From contig NC_087436.1 of assembly GCF_036321535.1 (NCBI RefSeq), positions 8,246,001 through 8,310,000 on the forward strand: a DNA stretch of 64,000 nt. The letters are read 5' to 3'. The position numbers were made by a program, and so were the translations under genes. Below, in pieces: positions 37,774 through 52,596 of the stretch. Numbering within the stretch: the stretch's first letter is position 1; every line of letters begins with the position of its first letter. This DNA is from Camelus dromedarius (Eukaryota). The notes beneath the pieces are model-generated. The model made no database searches. It was not told the DNA's origin and saw only the letters and a program-made list of their open reading frames with translations.

Positions 37774-38458
37774 TGTGGGTTCTGTCCGGCAGAAGTCCCA
37801 CTGAGATGGAATGAATTATTCAAGACTCTGTGGAAAGTCAAGACAGCAAAAGGGAGTCAGAGACCAACTCCTTGAGCCTTTCAACACTCCCATATTTATT
37901 GTGCATAAAGAAAAGATCACAAACAATTGTGTCATAGAACGCAGGAGCTTAAGGAAAAACAGGATCGGGTAGAGATCATAAAATTCACAGTAAGTACAAA
38001 GGTTTAGTTTATCTTCAGGGCAGTCATGGGAAGAGGGGAACAAGGCAAATTCTTCAGATATAAGAAGTTGATTACAAAACAGACCACCAGACCAGCCAGT
38101 TCCTTGTCTTAGGGGGTTATAGACTATCTAAACAGCAGAAAGCTTGCCCAGCATTTATAGCTGAGGGCATGGTCGTCACTTTGCACTGAACTATGGACAT
38201 ATGCTTATGACAAGAAAAGCCATGTCCTGTGTTTATAGCAAGGGACACACAATGGTTTTGCCACTGTGGAAGCAGCCCTAAGTTAAAACCTCAACTATGT
38301 AAGCAAGACATTGTCTCTGCTTTTTACTACAAGGAGATAGGAGTGCATATGCACAGGTGCCTGTTAGCAAAGCAGTTACTAAGCACATTTGTTCTTCTTA
38401 AAGGTCACAAGTGGCTGGGGTCTGTTACAATTTATTAAAACAATCATGGGCTCCCATA
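37774..38458 (-). mobile_element. Solo class II (beta-like/ERVK-type) LTR
   Basis: tgtggg...cccata termini with 6-bp TSD TATATT. Confidence 0.75.
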
Positions 38459-38499
38459 TATATTTACCTAATTCATGTATTCTGCTAATGTCCTAGGGT

Positions 38500-39350
38500 A
38501 TTATCTCACACTTTATTTTCTCGCCTAAAGCCTCCAACATTCTCGACTTCATCTACACTCTTATGTAATGGACACGCTTTTGAATTCACTGGGAAAACTG
38601 AAGCACAGAAGAGAATATGGACACTCTCCCCACTACATTTACCCACATATGAACATCCGTACTCATTTGAGGCAATTTTCTGCCCTTAGTAAGAAATGAA
38701 CTCTTTGTTTATCTAATGATCATTGTTTAGTCTACATCTTTGATTCCCTCTTGTCTTTTTCACTCAGACACTGCTCTGACATTACTCTCTTCTCTACATC
38801 ATTAAAACTTCTCTAATTGATATTTCAATCACCATAGAAATATATATATATATATATTTTAATTTTTTCCTATCTTAAGAAAAAATGTTTTGGATCCTCT
38901 TCCTAATGTCCTTGGTCTTCTTTGCTCTTGGTCAGCAAGAGGACAAGAAAAACCCTTTAAGCCATTATACATTTAAGCAGTTACAAACACCACTGTAGAT
39001 ATCAGATGGTCACCAATGATGATAGGGTTCTGCTTGGTTATGGAACTGGTCTTGCCAAGGTCCCAGATGTCCGTTATGTGTCACCCTAAATTTCAGTACC
39101 TCAGACTCACATTTGACACAGTCAGTACTCTCTCCTTGATACTCTTTCTTTATTTGGCTTCAAACTTATCCTACACTTTTGGATTTCCTCCTGCCTCATT
39201 GATTGTTTTACATCAGTCCTCTTTGCATGTCTGCCTCCCTTCTATAAGACTTTTACTGTTGGTGTGCCTTAGGGATATCAGTTCTTGGCTCTCTTCTCTG
39301 TGTAAACACACCCTGATGATAATCTGGCCCGATATAATGGCATTAGATGT
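38500..39350. mobile_element. Degenerate L2 fragments
   Basis: pyrimidine-rich L2-like text (catttgacacagt...ctctccttga). Confidence 0.55.
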
Positions 39351-39429
39351 AACACACAGAATCATGCTGTCAACTCACACTCATATGAATCAGAAATATT
39401 ACCCAGTATCAAAAATTAGTCACTGGGGT

Positions 39430-39530
39430 AGAGGGGGGCAGCTCAGTGGTAGAGTGGATGCTTAGCATGCACAAGGTCCTGGGTTCAACTTCCAGTACTT
39501 CCATTAAATTAATAAAATACAATAAATTAA
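39430..39530 (+). mobile_element. Camelid tRNA-derived SINE (Vic-1-like)
   Basis: A box cagctcagtggtagag, B box gggttcaac, A-rich tail. Confidence 0.85.
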
Positions 39531-39749
39531 ATAATGGTTTGGCTGTGCAGCAGTATCCCTTTGCTTAACACATTTCCTCCTTCTGCTAAACAAAAAATAT
39601 TGAACTAAGATTTTATTCTCGATAATAAGAACTTGCAACTAATTCTGGAAGACACATCATACTCTTAAAACTATTCCTGAGCACCCAGCCACCTCCATCC
39701 AGGCCAGAGTGACTGCCTGCTGATGGTCTTAATGCTCAAAAAGTTAGGA

Positions 39750-39880
39750 GGGGGAGGGTACAGCTCAGTGGTAGAACATGTGCTTAGCATGCACAAGGTC
39801 TTGGGTTCAGTCCCTGGCACAACCATTAATAGTAAGCAACAAACAAACGAACAAACCTAACTACCCCTCCCCCCCAAAAT
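39750..39880 (+). mobile_element. Camelid tRNA-derived SINE (Vic-1-like)
   Basis: gggggagggtacagctcagtggtaga...gggttcagtccc; (AAAC)n tail; degenerate TSD aaaagtt. Confidence 0.85.
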
Positions 39881-40664
39881 TACTCGTAAAAGTTGAGGCA
39901 CAGTTGAAGTAAAGAGAGGTCCACAACCATTAGCACTGTCCACAGTGATTTCTTTCCGTCCTGGACCTTCTCTGAGCTCTAAGTGATATGTGCTCTTGAG
40001 GTCACTTCCAAAGAAGGGGGTCATTTTGATCAAGAAGTTAAATTATTTTATACTCACATAATGAAATACATTATATAACATATTCCATAGGCCACTCTTA
40101 TGAATTCATCTTATAGGTGTACTGTAAGCAATTTAAATCAGATGTATCTTTTTAAAACCACTCGGAAGGTAAGGAGTCTTCTGCTAGCAGATACCATTTA
40201 TTTATTAATTAGTAAGGTTCTCGTTAATATAATTATAAGGAGATTTGACCAAGTCATTTTCCTTCTTTATTTTCCTTTGGTGAAAGGAAACTGAATGGGA
40301 AGCAGGATAGGTGCTCATACACTTCTCAGCATTGTATCACTTCTTAAAAGTTTTTTTGAATATTGCTGTATTCTATTTTTTTATCCTTTTTTTTTCTTTT
40401 TTAATTGAAGTGTAGTTAGTTACAAGGTGTCAATTTCTGGTGTACAGCATAATGTCCCATACTAATGACTCCCAATTATATATCCAGTGAGACCCCTCTC
40501 CTGACTTGCATAATATTTTACCCAAAAGCATTCTCAATAGCTCTATTAAGTCGTTAAATGGACAGCTCAGACTCAGCATGTTCAAACCTGAATTCCTAAT
40601 AAACTGCTCTTTCTACGATCTCCCTCATAGTGATCGATGGCTATTGTTATCTTCAGGCTCAGGA

Positions 40665-40882
40665 GTCATCAATGTAGGGCATGTGGGTGTAAACCAGCCC
40701 ACCACAACCATCTGCTTTTACAAACGAAGTCTACTGCGACATAGCTGCACTTTTTATCTATCGTCCATGGCTACTTTCATGATATAACAGTAGATATGGA
40801 TTGTTATAACAGACACCGTATAGCCTGGAAAGTTTAAAATGTTTACTTTATGGTCCTTTATGGAAGCATTTCCTGATCTCTG
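40665..40882. mobile_element. MER58A-like hAT MITE
   Basis: acagacaccgtatagcc...aaaatgtttact...tggtccttta. Confidence 0.65.
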
Positions 40883-43051
40883 ATATATCGTAATCTATAA
40901 TTGTCTTTTCTTCTAATCTCATTGTTAGGTTTTCATAGTAAAATATTGTTGTCTTAAAAATTAAGTGTGGATTGCACTCTTTTTAACTCCTTAAAAATAA
41001 CATTGCAGTTAAAAACCTTTTCCTACTTCTATTAAGGTTTTTCTCTGATGCACTGTATCTCTACGTTTACTTCTCAGTGTTCAACTGTATGAATATTTTC
41101 AGCTAATTACAATGTGTACTGCAAAAAATACTTGGTGTGCCTTTTAGTCCTTTGATATTTTTAGGACTTGCTTTAAAGACAAATCTTTTTTATTTTCTAT
41201 TTATGCTTCAATTTAGATAGTGTTGTGTGCTTTATCCCCTAATGTATTAAATTTCCATTCATCTCTGTCTAATCTGCTATAAAATCCATCCATTAAGTGC
41301 CTAATTTTGATCCTTGTATTTTTGTGTGTAAATGTGGATAAGTTTATTTTTCAAGTATTTCTTGATTATGGTGGTGGTTTCTTCAGTGTATACGTCTATC
41401 AAAATTCATCAAATTGTACATCTGAAATATATGTAGTTTATATGTAGTTTATATGTAGTTTACTGTGTAGAAATTATGCCACAATAAAATTATTTAAAAA
41501 AATACTCTACTGTATCAAATAGGAAAGCAAATAATGATGTATTCTGAATTGCAATGCAATGAAAAATAAACTGGCCAATTTCCTAATCAAAACAAACAAA
41601 CAAACAAAAAAAAACCTGTTGCCCTACACATGAAAAAGCACAGTTCAGAGATTTATTTTTCATACTGTCTGAGAACAAAACAAGAAAAGGGGATTTAAGA
41701 TAAAGAGGGAGAAGTTTGGAATAATCACAAAGACATGTTTTCTTAATGTAAGTGGTGTTAAAAATGAAACAGCAATCTGAAGAACGTTGTGTGTGCTCTT
41801 TCCCTGTTGAGTCTTGAAATATGATGGACAGTGACATATGGAGGTAGTTTAGAGCCTCTTTGGAAGGTGGAGGACACATTAGATGACCTCTCTGAAGTTC
41901 TTTTAATTCTATTTTTCTGAACCACAAAATTATGTCTGTGTGCCAAGAATTGAATGGCCATTTATCAACACATCTTAGGAGTCCTCCCTACCCAACAAAA
42001 GCTACGTTATACAAAGATTTAAGTTTTATCTACACATCATGTCATGCATACGGTTTGCACTCTGGTATCCTAAAGAGTTTGTTTTGACTCAGGACAAACC
42101 TAAACATTAAAAATTCAGGTGTGCTAGTTAATTAACCTATCAGAGATTTATCTTTCCTATTTATAAAATGGAAGTAAAAATTCACATAACCAATCAATAA
42201 TGTGATAAATAATATAATATGAATGAAACTATCGCTATGCCTGAAGAGCAGTGGCTTCTTAAGAATATTAAATTATGGACTTAATGCAAAAACAAAAGCT
42301 GGGAGTAAACTAAGTAAGAATGGACAATCTCATGATAAAGTTTAGCAAGAACCCATCTACATTTTATTAAGTGCAGCTAAGGAAAAGTGATCAACTGTAA
42401 AGTTGAGTAGTTAAAAAGCAAAATCATCTATGTTGTTATCATTTCATGTGAACTTGATTTTATATTTCCAATATTTGGCATTAAAAGCATTTTTATAAAC
42501 TACCTCAAATCTCCTTCCTCTCCCTCCAACTTTTCCTCTCCCTCTTTCTTTCTCTAGTTGTACTTGACTGTCTCCTTACCCCTAGATGGTTTTGCAGCCT
42601 GGGATACAAAACTAATCTCTGTCATTTCCTCATGTTGTTATTATAAAGATTAAACTATTTGATACACTTAGAGCATTGAAGACAGTGTGTCATATAGTAT
42701 AAAAAATAATCAATTGTCCATTATATTTTTTATGATCTAGATTTTGCCTTTTATTGAAAGCAATGACTCTACTTAACACCAGCTTAACACTGTAAAGTGT
42801 GTTCAATGGTTATCAGAGTTGGTATGAGATATAAATGAATTAATATTTGTGAAGCATTTAGAAGAGTGTCTGGCACAGAGAAAGCATTAAATGTGTTTAT
42901 TTAAAAAGTTGATATATTAGCACAGTAATTGGACTATAAACTGTTAAATCACAAGAAGCCCAGCCATCTAACAAAATATGTATACATGTGTGTATGTGTG
43001 TTGAAAGCAAACCATGAACGTTTTGGAAGGATTAAAAATTTACAGAATATA

Positions 43052-44404
43052 GGTGTTGGGAAAGCTGGGCAGCTGCATGTAAATCAGTGAAGTTAGAACA
43101 CTCCCTCACAGCATATACAGAAATAAATGCAAAATGGCTTGAAGTCTTAAACATAAGTCAAGACACTATAAATCTCCTAGAAGAAAAAATAGGCAAAATA
43201 TTTCCTGATGTAAATCTTGGCAATGTTCTCCTAGGACAGTCTACCCAGGCAACAGAAATAAAAGCAAAAATAAACTAATGGGACCTAATTAAACTTACAA
43301 GCTTTTGCACAGCAAAGGAAACCACAAGCAAAACAAAAAGACAACCTATGGAATGAAAAAAAATTTGCAAATGATGCAACTAACAAGGACTTAATCTCCA
43401 GAATATATAAATAGTGCATATAGGTTAATAACAAAGAAACAAATAACCCATTCCAAAGATGAACAGAAGACCCAAACAAGCATTTCTCCAATGAAGATAA
43501 ATGGTCAATAGGCACATGAAAAAATATTGCTTATTGTCAGAGAAATGCAAATCAAGACAATGAGGTATCAATCATCTCACTTCAGTTGGAAAGGCTATCA
43601 TTCAAAAGTCCACAAATGATAAAAGCTGGAGAAGGTATGGAGGAAAGGGAACCCTCCTGCACTGTTGGTTGGAATGTAAATTGGTGAAGCCACTATGAAA
43701 AAGTATCAGTATAACCTAAAAAATTAAAAATATCCTTACCATATGATCCAGCAATTCCACTTCTGGGCCTATATACAGAGAGAACTCTAAATGGAAAAGA
43801 TACTTCCACCCTAATATTCATAGCAGCACTACTTACAACAGCCAGGACATGGGAACAGCCTAAATGTCCACTGACAGATGACTGGATAAAAAAACTGTGC
43901 TATATATATACACACACACACGCACACATACATATACACAATGGAATACTACTCAGCCATAAAAAGAATAAAATAATGCCATTAGCAGCAACATGGATGG
44001 ACCTGGAGAATGTCATTCTAAGTGAAATAAGCCAGAAAGAGAAAGAAAAATATCATATGATACCACTTATATGTGGAATCTTAAAAAAAAAAAAGACAAA
44101 AAAACTTATTTACAAAACAGAAACAGACTCACAGACATAGAAAACAAACTTGCGGTTATCAGAGGGGGAAGAGGGTATGGAGGGACAAATTGGGAGTTTG
44201 GGATTAGCAGATACTAACTACTATATATAAAATAGATAGACAACAAGTTTATACTGTATAGCACAGAGAACTATACTCAATATCTTATAATAACCTATAA
44301 TGAAAAAGAATATGAAAAGGAATATATGTGTGTATATGTATGACTGAAACATGGTGCTGTACACCAGAAATTGATACAACATTGTAAACTGGCTGTACTT
44401 CAAA
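43052..44404 (+). mobile_element. 5'-truncated artiodactyl/camelid L1 (ORF2 end + 3'UTR)
   Basis: L1 ORF2 translation (MKLEHSLT.YT.IN.KW), polyA, TSD aaaa.t.acagaatata. Confidence 0.95.
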
Positions 44405-45021
44405 AAAAATCACAGAATATAATAATTATTCTAATGAAGATTCAGCCTATTAAATGAATTAAGAGATATTTTAAATAAATCTAATTCAAGAAAATGTTTT
44501 AAAATATTAGTGACTAATATGATTTACTCCTATGAGGTTAAAACTAATAACTAGATTTTATACCACCAAATTTATTATAAGTAACAGAATTTTAAAATAC
44601 ATTCTTTATTTTAACTATATGACATATGTATTGTTGGCAAGGTACTGGTGACAACAGTTGTCAATGTAACATTTCTGGAGAGAGATTAGGCAAACGTAAT
44701 ATAAGTAAGTGAAATTTTCTTGTGGGAATAATCTGTCACATATTGAAAAGAAACTTTGCATGTTTTATTCCATTTAATACCCATCACAGACTTACGAGAC
44801 AGATACTATGGATTTTTATTATTTTTGTTCTATGTAGGAGGAGACTAAGGTGCAGAAAGATAAATAGCTCAAGGTGATGGAGTGGTAATGGCTGAGCTGG
44901 GATCCAGAATTGTTTTTCCTTTTCCAGTATCCAAAATATTACCCATTAACCTAATACAGGGACACACCTCATTGTTGCCATTGTGGTTTCTATCTGCTGT
45001 GATGATGGCAACATTTTAATA

Positions 45022-45562
45022 CTGCAGTTCCCAAACTGTGTGCCGAGCTGCCCAGGTTCCAACAGCAAAGCCACCCAATCACGGTGGAGCATTTTAAATT
45101 TTCAGTGGAAACAAAGGAACATTTAACAGCATTACTCAACATTGGACATCTCAAGATATTTTACGTTAAATGTAATTCACACTGTATTACTTTTCATGAC
45201 ATCATGTCTCCACAAATCTAAGTTTCCACGGGGTGCTGTGATTAAAATCAAAGACTGCTTGACAATCACCATGGAGCAGAATTTGAAGGTGGTGCTGTCC
45301 AATCGAATTCCAAGATACGAGAAGCTATGCAGTGCACAAAAGGTGTCCATATCCAGTCACGAGAAATTGTGGTTATTTAAGAATGAAATAAAAATATTCT
45401 ATTTATATTTCAACGTGTGTATATGATTTTCAGATGATCATACTAAGTTTGGGGAGATGATTTAAATGCACCTGATTGACTTTCTTTTTGAAGTTGGGGC
45501 ACCATGTAAAACATCTTGCAACACTAAGGGCTCTGTGAACTGAGAACGTTTGGGAATGCCTG
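45022..45562. mobile_element. hAT-Charlie-like non-autonomous element
   Basis: inverted ends gttcccaaac / gtttgggaat. Confidence 0.65.
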
Positions 45563-45779
45563 GTCAACAACAGAAGTGCTGCTCCCAGGAATATTGATCC
45601 TTCAGTATCAGAATCACTTTCTCTTCTGTTTATCTCCAGGGAAAACATTCTCCTGCCCATTTCTGATATTTTTCACCCGCATCTTAAAAGCTATACCTGT
45701 CCTCCCAGCTAATGTCTAACAGAAAGCAAACAATGAAAACAACAACATTTCTGGTTTTTTTCTTCCTTTCTTCATTTCC

Positions 45780-45864
45780 TTTTTTTTTTTTAATAGAGCT
45801 CCTGAGGATTGAACCCAGGACCTCGTGCATGTTAACCACACACACTACCACTGAGCTACACCCC
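45780..45864 (-). mobile_element. Camelid tRNA-derived SINE (Vic-1-like)
   Basis: polyT then gattgaacccaggacctcgtgcatg...ctaccactgagctacacccc. Confidence 0.85.
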
Positions 45865-46296
45865 ATGCCCTGCTCTTCTCATTCTAATTTGTTCACCATT
45901 TTAGTCGCTTTGAGGATCCTAAAGTAAACTAGAAAGATGCATTGGCACAACTCTATATAATAAATAAAGGGATTTTATTATGGCAAGTAGTGAAAAAGGC
46001 TCATGAGAGGTAGACCATACATTCTGGGCAAATAAATTTTGTTTGGTAAAAAAAATGTCTTCAGTTTGCACTGATTTCAGTCTGCACATTTCATCACGTG
46101 ATCCTCTCCCCAATATGTTCTGATATCAGGGAGCAATATAAAGGAGACTCGTGGACGGTAGACAGAACCTCACCTTGCAACCCCCATGTTGACTTGGGAG
46201 CCCACTTCTCAACTCTGTGTATCCAGTTGGCCACCCTTGCTACTTCCTTCTCTTGAGGGTTGAAGGGTCCAGTGTTATCAAATATCTCCGTGTATT

Positions 46297-46890
46297 GTTA
46301 CCAGAGATTAGGTTCTTGTCTCAAAACAGAAAGAATTCAGAAAGGAGACACAGAGGTCAAGAAAGTAAAGTGAGGATTTATTAAGTGATAAGGTGCTCTT
46401 AAGAGGAGAGTGGGCAGACTCAGGTGAGCAGCTACCCTGCGTTTCTTTGATAAGATGGTTACATAGCGTATAAAAATGAATGGGCAGAATACTCATTAGT
46501 GAGGAAAAGGTTTGGTGGTTTTCCCTGATTTTCTTTCCAGCTCCACCTTCCTGAAGGGAGGAAGGATTTTTGTCCCTATTTAGTCCAGATCAGAAGTGTC
46601 GTGGCGTCAGTGCATGATGGGTACTTCTAATCGGCAAGGCTAATTTTATTGAAATGAGGACATAATAAACAAAAGGTTACATTTGGACCAGAGATTCCTG
46701 CCTTTTCCCACCTTTCTATGTCTGCCTCCAGGTCACTTGTTACCCTAAAATGTATAATTTCTTAACAGTCCAGAGATTCCTGATATTCTGTCTGCCCACA
46801 GACCCCATTGTTTATATAGTGCATCATTTCCTGCTGTTTGGCCCATGCCCCCTTTCTCTGCTCATATCTAGCTCTCTGCCTGCTCTAAAA
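46297..46890 (-). mobile_element. Solo ERV LTR (may extend left to ~46116)
   Basis: colinear homology with 10101-10754. Confidence 0.85.
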
Positions 46891-49129
46891 ATAAAATCAA
46901 TATCCTATGTTCAAATACATGTCTGAAACACATAGATCAAAGATAGCAAATGGAAATGATTCTAAAACTGTGAGAGACAGGCAGATGACCCTATTTGCTA
47001 GGTAAAGCTGCGATCATTTTAAGCACAAGGCCAAATTTCAGAAATATTACTAAACTTCGGGCAAACCAGAATGCCTTGATGCCAAATATTTGATGTTTAA
47101 TTGGGGATTCCAGAACACTCCCTGAGTTGTGATCTCAGCCATCAAAATGACAATAGAGCACAAAACGAATCCAGGGGTCCAGGTTGCTAAGCAGTGTTCA
47201 TCTGACATCCCTCTCTACCCTCTCCCTCCTCCCAGAATCCGTCTCTGTTAGATCTGCCTCCCCTTCATGTGAGTAGCAAAGAGCTGGAGGCAGTTTTGAC
47301 TTGTGTAGCTTCTTCAAGGTCTTCCAAAAATTCTTAGGACTAGAGAGGGTCTTTGCTGTCAATGGGCAAAACTGACAGGAGCTCTTTCTTTTCTTTCTAT
47401 TTTTCTCAGCAACAAAGAAACTGACTACCCCAGATGATTGATTGAAGTCTTAAAAACAGGAAAAAAAAAAAAGGATTTCAACTTACAGTTCTCTTCTCTC
47501 CCTTAACTCTACAGAAGATGTCTTCCTAATCAATATTTTAAATGTCTTTAAATTCATTTTTAACTCCATCCTTAAATACAAGCTATTTGATTTCCCCTCT
47601 GTTGACTAGCAGACTTTGCAAGGACAAGTTTCTGAAGAATATTATAGCATGCTTCTAGGGGTGGTCCCAAGGCCATGGGCATTAAGTGTGAAGAATACAT
47701 ATGAAAAGCACAGAAGTTTTCACCTGTGGCCACCTTCACACATCTCGCCCCTCTCCCCTACTCTGGCAACCACCAATCTCTTCTCTGCTTCTATTTTTTT
47801 TTTAACAACTAGACTTACTATGGTGATCATTTCACAATATATACAAAAATCTAATCATTGTGATGTACACCTGAAATTAATATAATAACTCAACACTTTT
47901 TCAAAACTTATCAAACAGTATTCTTTAAAGGATGACTATAGACAGCAACAACAATAAAAAAAATTCTATTTCTTGTAAATTTCAGTCCAGATTTTGATTG
48001 ATATCTACTATAAATAAAACCAAGCATAACATTCCTTCCAACCATTATTAAATATTTAAAATATTCAACTTCTGATACCAGAAATCTAAAAGGGACAGAT
48101 AAATTTGCAATCAAAACAGCTTGACAAATCTTTCAAATATTTTTAGTTTAAAAATCTACATTTTTTTAATCTTGATAGTTCCAAACTAACTACAACATTT
48201 TTTTCTATCATAAAATGATTTTTTCAAACCAAAGTATATGAGGGTCCAAGTAAGTGAACAAAGAGTTTATCTTTTTTAACTCCCTCTAGATTTCTCAGCT
48301 AGGTATTTGTACATATAAATTCTCTTGTAATATTTGTGAGAAGCAATTTTAAGTTGTTACAATACTGTATTTTTGAGGTTCTTATTAAAACTTAAAAATT
48401 GTATATACAAAATATTATTCCATGTTATATAATACTTACAAAGTGATTTGGGAATACATCTAAATAACAAATATAAGTTTATTAACCAATCTATTTTTAA
48501 TGGGTAATTGTGTGGAAAATTGTAAATCATTGTAGTTGTTTACCTATTTATATTTTGTTATAAAATGGATGTGATTTTAAAATACATTACTTCAAAAATT
48601 ATAATGCCATGTTTAATAAGATTAAGAATCTAAATATGTAAGAAATTCAAAATATGTCATATGTTTCTGACATTCTTAAATGCATGTGCAGAACAGTGGT
48701 GTCAGTATTTTCAATTTAATTTGCTTTCTTTTGAAAAATTGTGCATATTTATACTAGTCATGCTTTTGATTTTGAACACTTTGAGATATGAAAATGCCTG
48801 GAAAGTTTATAACATGGTTAGATGATTATTGCCTTGGAAGTGTAGTTCAATCTTGCTGACAGTGTTCTTCTTAATATTTTATATTTTAATATTTATTATT
48901 TGATAATATTTGAAAATATTTGAATAGTTGATATCAATGCCCTTTCATGTAACTAAAGAAAAATAACTTTTGTTATTAGCAAATTTCCTCTATCTAATGT
49001 ATATTTAATCTGAGTCTCCAAATGTTTGTATTATAACATTTGTACTGCAAAATAAGTACTTGCACCAAGTTTATATTTTGTTTGCAAATGTGGCAGTTCC
49101 TGAGCGAGAATTCACATTATGTCAGCATA

Positions 49130-49756
49130 TGTTACAGAACCAAACTTGAGTCCACTCACCAGATGCACAGCAAAGCCAAGCTACTGACACCAGGTTGCGG
49201 CGAAGGGAAGTACAGCATTTATTACAGGTGTCAGACAAGGAGAATAGGCAGCTCCTGCTCAAAAGACCCAAACTCCCTGCTGGCTTTTAGGGAAAGATTT
49301 TAAAAAAAGAGTGTGAGGGAGGGGGCTGCAGGGTGTGTGATCAATTTGTGCACCATTCTCGGATTGGTTGATGGTGAGTTAACAGGTGAGGTCACTGAAG
49401 TCAGCCCTTTCAACCCTCAGGCTCCATCTGGTCTGGGGTAGGTGCTTACAGTCATAACGCAGTTCACTTCTTCCACCTGCTGGGTTTTAAGTACCTGCAA
49501 AACAATTCAAGGACATGGCTCAGGATATTATCCCTTAGGATAATTAGCCCTTGAGGAGGAACTAAGGATCCTTGACAGTTTTATGGCTAAACTATTATTT
49601 TGTCTCTTGCTTGACTGCTTTCCTTTGTTTCTGCCTTTTCTCACCTCTCTGATTAAATTTGCTCTTTAGAACTTGGGGAAGGCTTTTCTACAAACAAGAG
49701 GTGGTGATATGGGGGTGTGCCCCTGGGAAGGCCTCAAAGAGTCCTGCTTGGTTTCG
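49130..49756 (-). mobile_element. Solo ERV LTR
   Basis: TG...CG, TSD cata/tata; related to 8672-9241. Confidence 0.85.
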
Positions 49757-50837
49757 TATATACAATTAAAATCTTTTTTATAAAATTTCTGTCTTTGTTT
49801 ATTCTAAATAGACTTTGAGGTATCTTACAAAAATATCAAAATAAAACAATAAATTTACTTCTGCACACACATTGACAAAATATGTAATGCTTTTTTAAAT
49901 AGCATTTAGGGTAATATATAACAGATTATTCAGTGGAGAGACTGTTGGTGTGTTACTAGATCTTTCTGTATCTCTTTTGTGTAACTTCACAACCTTGATA
50001 CCATTTTAGAGTGGCAATTCAGCACCTAAGAAGCACTCTGCTTATCAGAGAATATTTTTAAAACACATTACATTTTAGTGAAAAAGTAGTCCCTAGAACC
50101 CAGAAAGAGTAAATATGCCTTGTGGATCTTTTGGGATCCTACTCATATGGTTTAGATTTCCAATTAAAATAGATCTCAAATTCTCATACAAATACCTGTA
50201 AAGACACCCAGGAGGGAAGTCCAGACACCACTCACATTTACTAAGAGTGCATGCTAGCTTTAAAAGTTGTTGATATAAATAAATACTGGCAAATTATTGA
50301 ACCAATAAATCTATACTCACTTGGAAGACTGACTGAGTTCCAAATCCCCTGCCACCAGTGAATTTTCTACTTAGTTCAGCCTGAGCAGGACAGTGTTGCA
50401 TATACAGCTGATTCCTCTATTTGATGGAATTCAAATGTTAAGGGAAAAAATTGTAAACTAAGACTATTTTCAGCCAGTTTTTTTTTTTTTTCCTTTTGGG
50501 TAAATACAACAGAAAAACACTCACATATTGAGAGACTCAGAAAAAAAAAAATCACCCATATACCATTCCTAAATAATTATTTGCAGACATAATTTAGGGA
50601 AAAGGGAAGCAGTGCTATACTCTTCATTATAAATGCAAATAATGAGGAGAGGAAGAAAGTTATTGCCCTCTCCTGAAAGAACTCTGCAAGAAACAAGGCA
50701 TATTAAAAGGGCGATTCTGCTATCCCAAATTCCCTCCAACCTAAAAACTTCATCCTCACCTTCAAGTTCTCTGCTGGAGCCTGGAAATGCCTGTGTTGCA
50801 GCTTGGATACAGAGGAAAGAGAGGAGGTTCAGGAACA

Positions 50838-51250
50838 TGTATTAGTCAGGGATGTCCCTGGAGAAACAGATTAAGCAGATTTGTATATAGGTAGAAAGAT
50901 AGTTATTATATGGGATTGGCTCATACAGTTATGGAGGTGGGTAAGTTCAGGTCTGCAGTGTAGGCCAGCACACTCAATTCCCAGGTAAGTGGGTGATGTG
51001 GTTCTAGTCCGAAGGCTAGGCACCCTGGAGGCCCAGGGGAGTCAATAGTGTTATGAAGTCTGAGGTAGTCTGCAGGAGAATTCTCTCTGGCTTGCGAGAG
51101 GCCAGCGTTTGGTTCTATTCAAGCCTTCAACTGATTGAACGAGGCTCAACCACTTTACAGAGCACACACTCCTTACTCAAAGTTCACCAATTTAAATGTT
51201 AATTTCATCCCCAAGTAGCCTTCAAATTGACACATAGAATTAACCATTAA
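50838..51250 (-). mobile_element. MLT2 (ERVL) LTR
   Basis: tgtattagtcaggg...gacacatagaattaaccatta. Confidence 0.85.
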
Positions 51251-51349
51251 AGGCAGTGATTTCCTTCTGCCAAGTAGAATTTGCTTTCTGTTCATGTTTA
51301 TTAGCAACAATTTAATCAGATGCCCATGCCTAATGAAACACAGGTGAAT

Positions 51350-51740
51350 AAAAGTCAGACCGAGAAAGACAAATACCATGATATCACTTATATGTGAGAT
51401 TTAAAAAAAAAAAAAAAAAGGACACAAGTGAACTAATTTATAAAACACAAAGAGACTCACAGACAGAAAACAAACTTATGGTTACCAAAGGGGAAAAGGG
51501 AGGAAGGATAAATTAGGAGTTTGGAATTAGCAAATACACACTACTGTATATAAAATAGATAAACAACAAGGTCTTAATGGATAGCCCAGGAAACTACATT
51601 CAATGGCTTGTAATAACCTATAATGAAAAAGAATATGAAAAGAAATGTATATATGTATAACTGAATCACTATGCTATATACCAGAAATTAATACAACATT
51701 ATAAATCAACTATACTTTAATAAAAAATAAAAATAAAAAA
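51350..51740 (+). mobile_element. L1 3' end (artiodactyl type)
   Basis: homologous to 44030-44404; A-rich tail. Confidence 0.9.
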
Positions 51741-52184
51741 TACATAGTCCCCTGCTGGGAATTTACATGCCCTGGAAAAGAGAATATAGGTTTGAGAGAC
51801 AGCTATATGCAATCTCCTGCATATGCAGAAATCCATGGGGATAATTTTTTCAAACCTCAAATGCAAAACTATCCACTTTCTTGAGGTCCATCAAGTTACT
51901 TTATTTAGCAAAAGTCTGGAATCCTTGTGTGATCCACTGTTCTTTGCCCCAGGTCCAGATTTGACTGCTTCTAGTCTGGAGACTACAGACTGAAAGGCAT
52001 TTGCTCCTGCTCCAGCAAATATCAAAGCATAGAGTCAGAACAGGACAACAAAAACAAACCAACACAAATTTGGCCAAATGAAGAACTGAAATTACACAGC
52101 AGTTCCTGGTCCGTGGCAATGATGAAATCCAGCTGAGCAGGATTTGAAAGCCTTCTGGGTCTGTAAGTGATGTGAATTCCTTTA

Positions 52185-52596
52185 TACTGTTGGAACCAAC
52201 TTCTGCAAACTTAGTGGCTTAAAACAATACAAATTTATCCTCTTACAGTTTTGCACGTCAGAAGTTACTTTAGGGTAAAATCCAGGTGTCAGCAGGGCTA
52301 GTTCCTTCTGGAAGCTTGAGGGAAGAATTTGTTCCCTTGCCTTTTCCACCTTCTAGAGATTTCTAGAGATTTCTAGAGTTATGGATCCTGGCCAGAAGCA
52401 CATAGCTGTTTGTCTTTCTGCTTCCATTACATGCCCTACTGCTGTCTCTGATCCTCCTGCCTCCCTCTTGTAAGGCCGGTGGTCCCACCCAGATAATCTA
52501 GATCCACTGGCAAATTCCTTTTACCATGTAGTTAACTAATTCTCAGGTTCTTCCATTTTTAGGATTTGGACATCTTGGCCAATAGTCAGCCTACAA
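52185..52596 (-). mobile_element. MLT1 (MaLR) LTR
   Basis: aaacttagtggcttaaaacaa...tcttacagtt...cagcctac. Confidence 0.75.

Noticed and set aside
39016..39465. Longest supplied ORF (149 aa)
   Set aside because: Runs through L2-like sequence into a SINE; no recognisable protein features.
39430..45864. tRNA genes
   Set aside because: The three tRNA-like sequences are diverged, have A-rich tails and match a SINE pattern.
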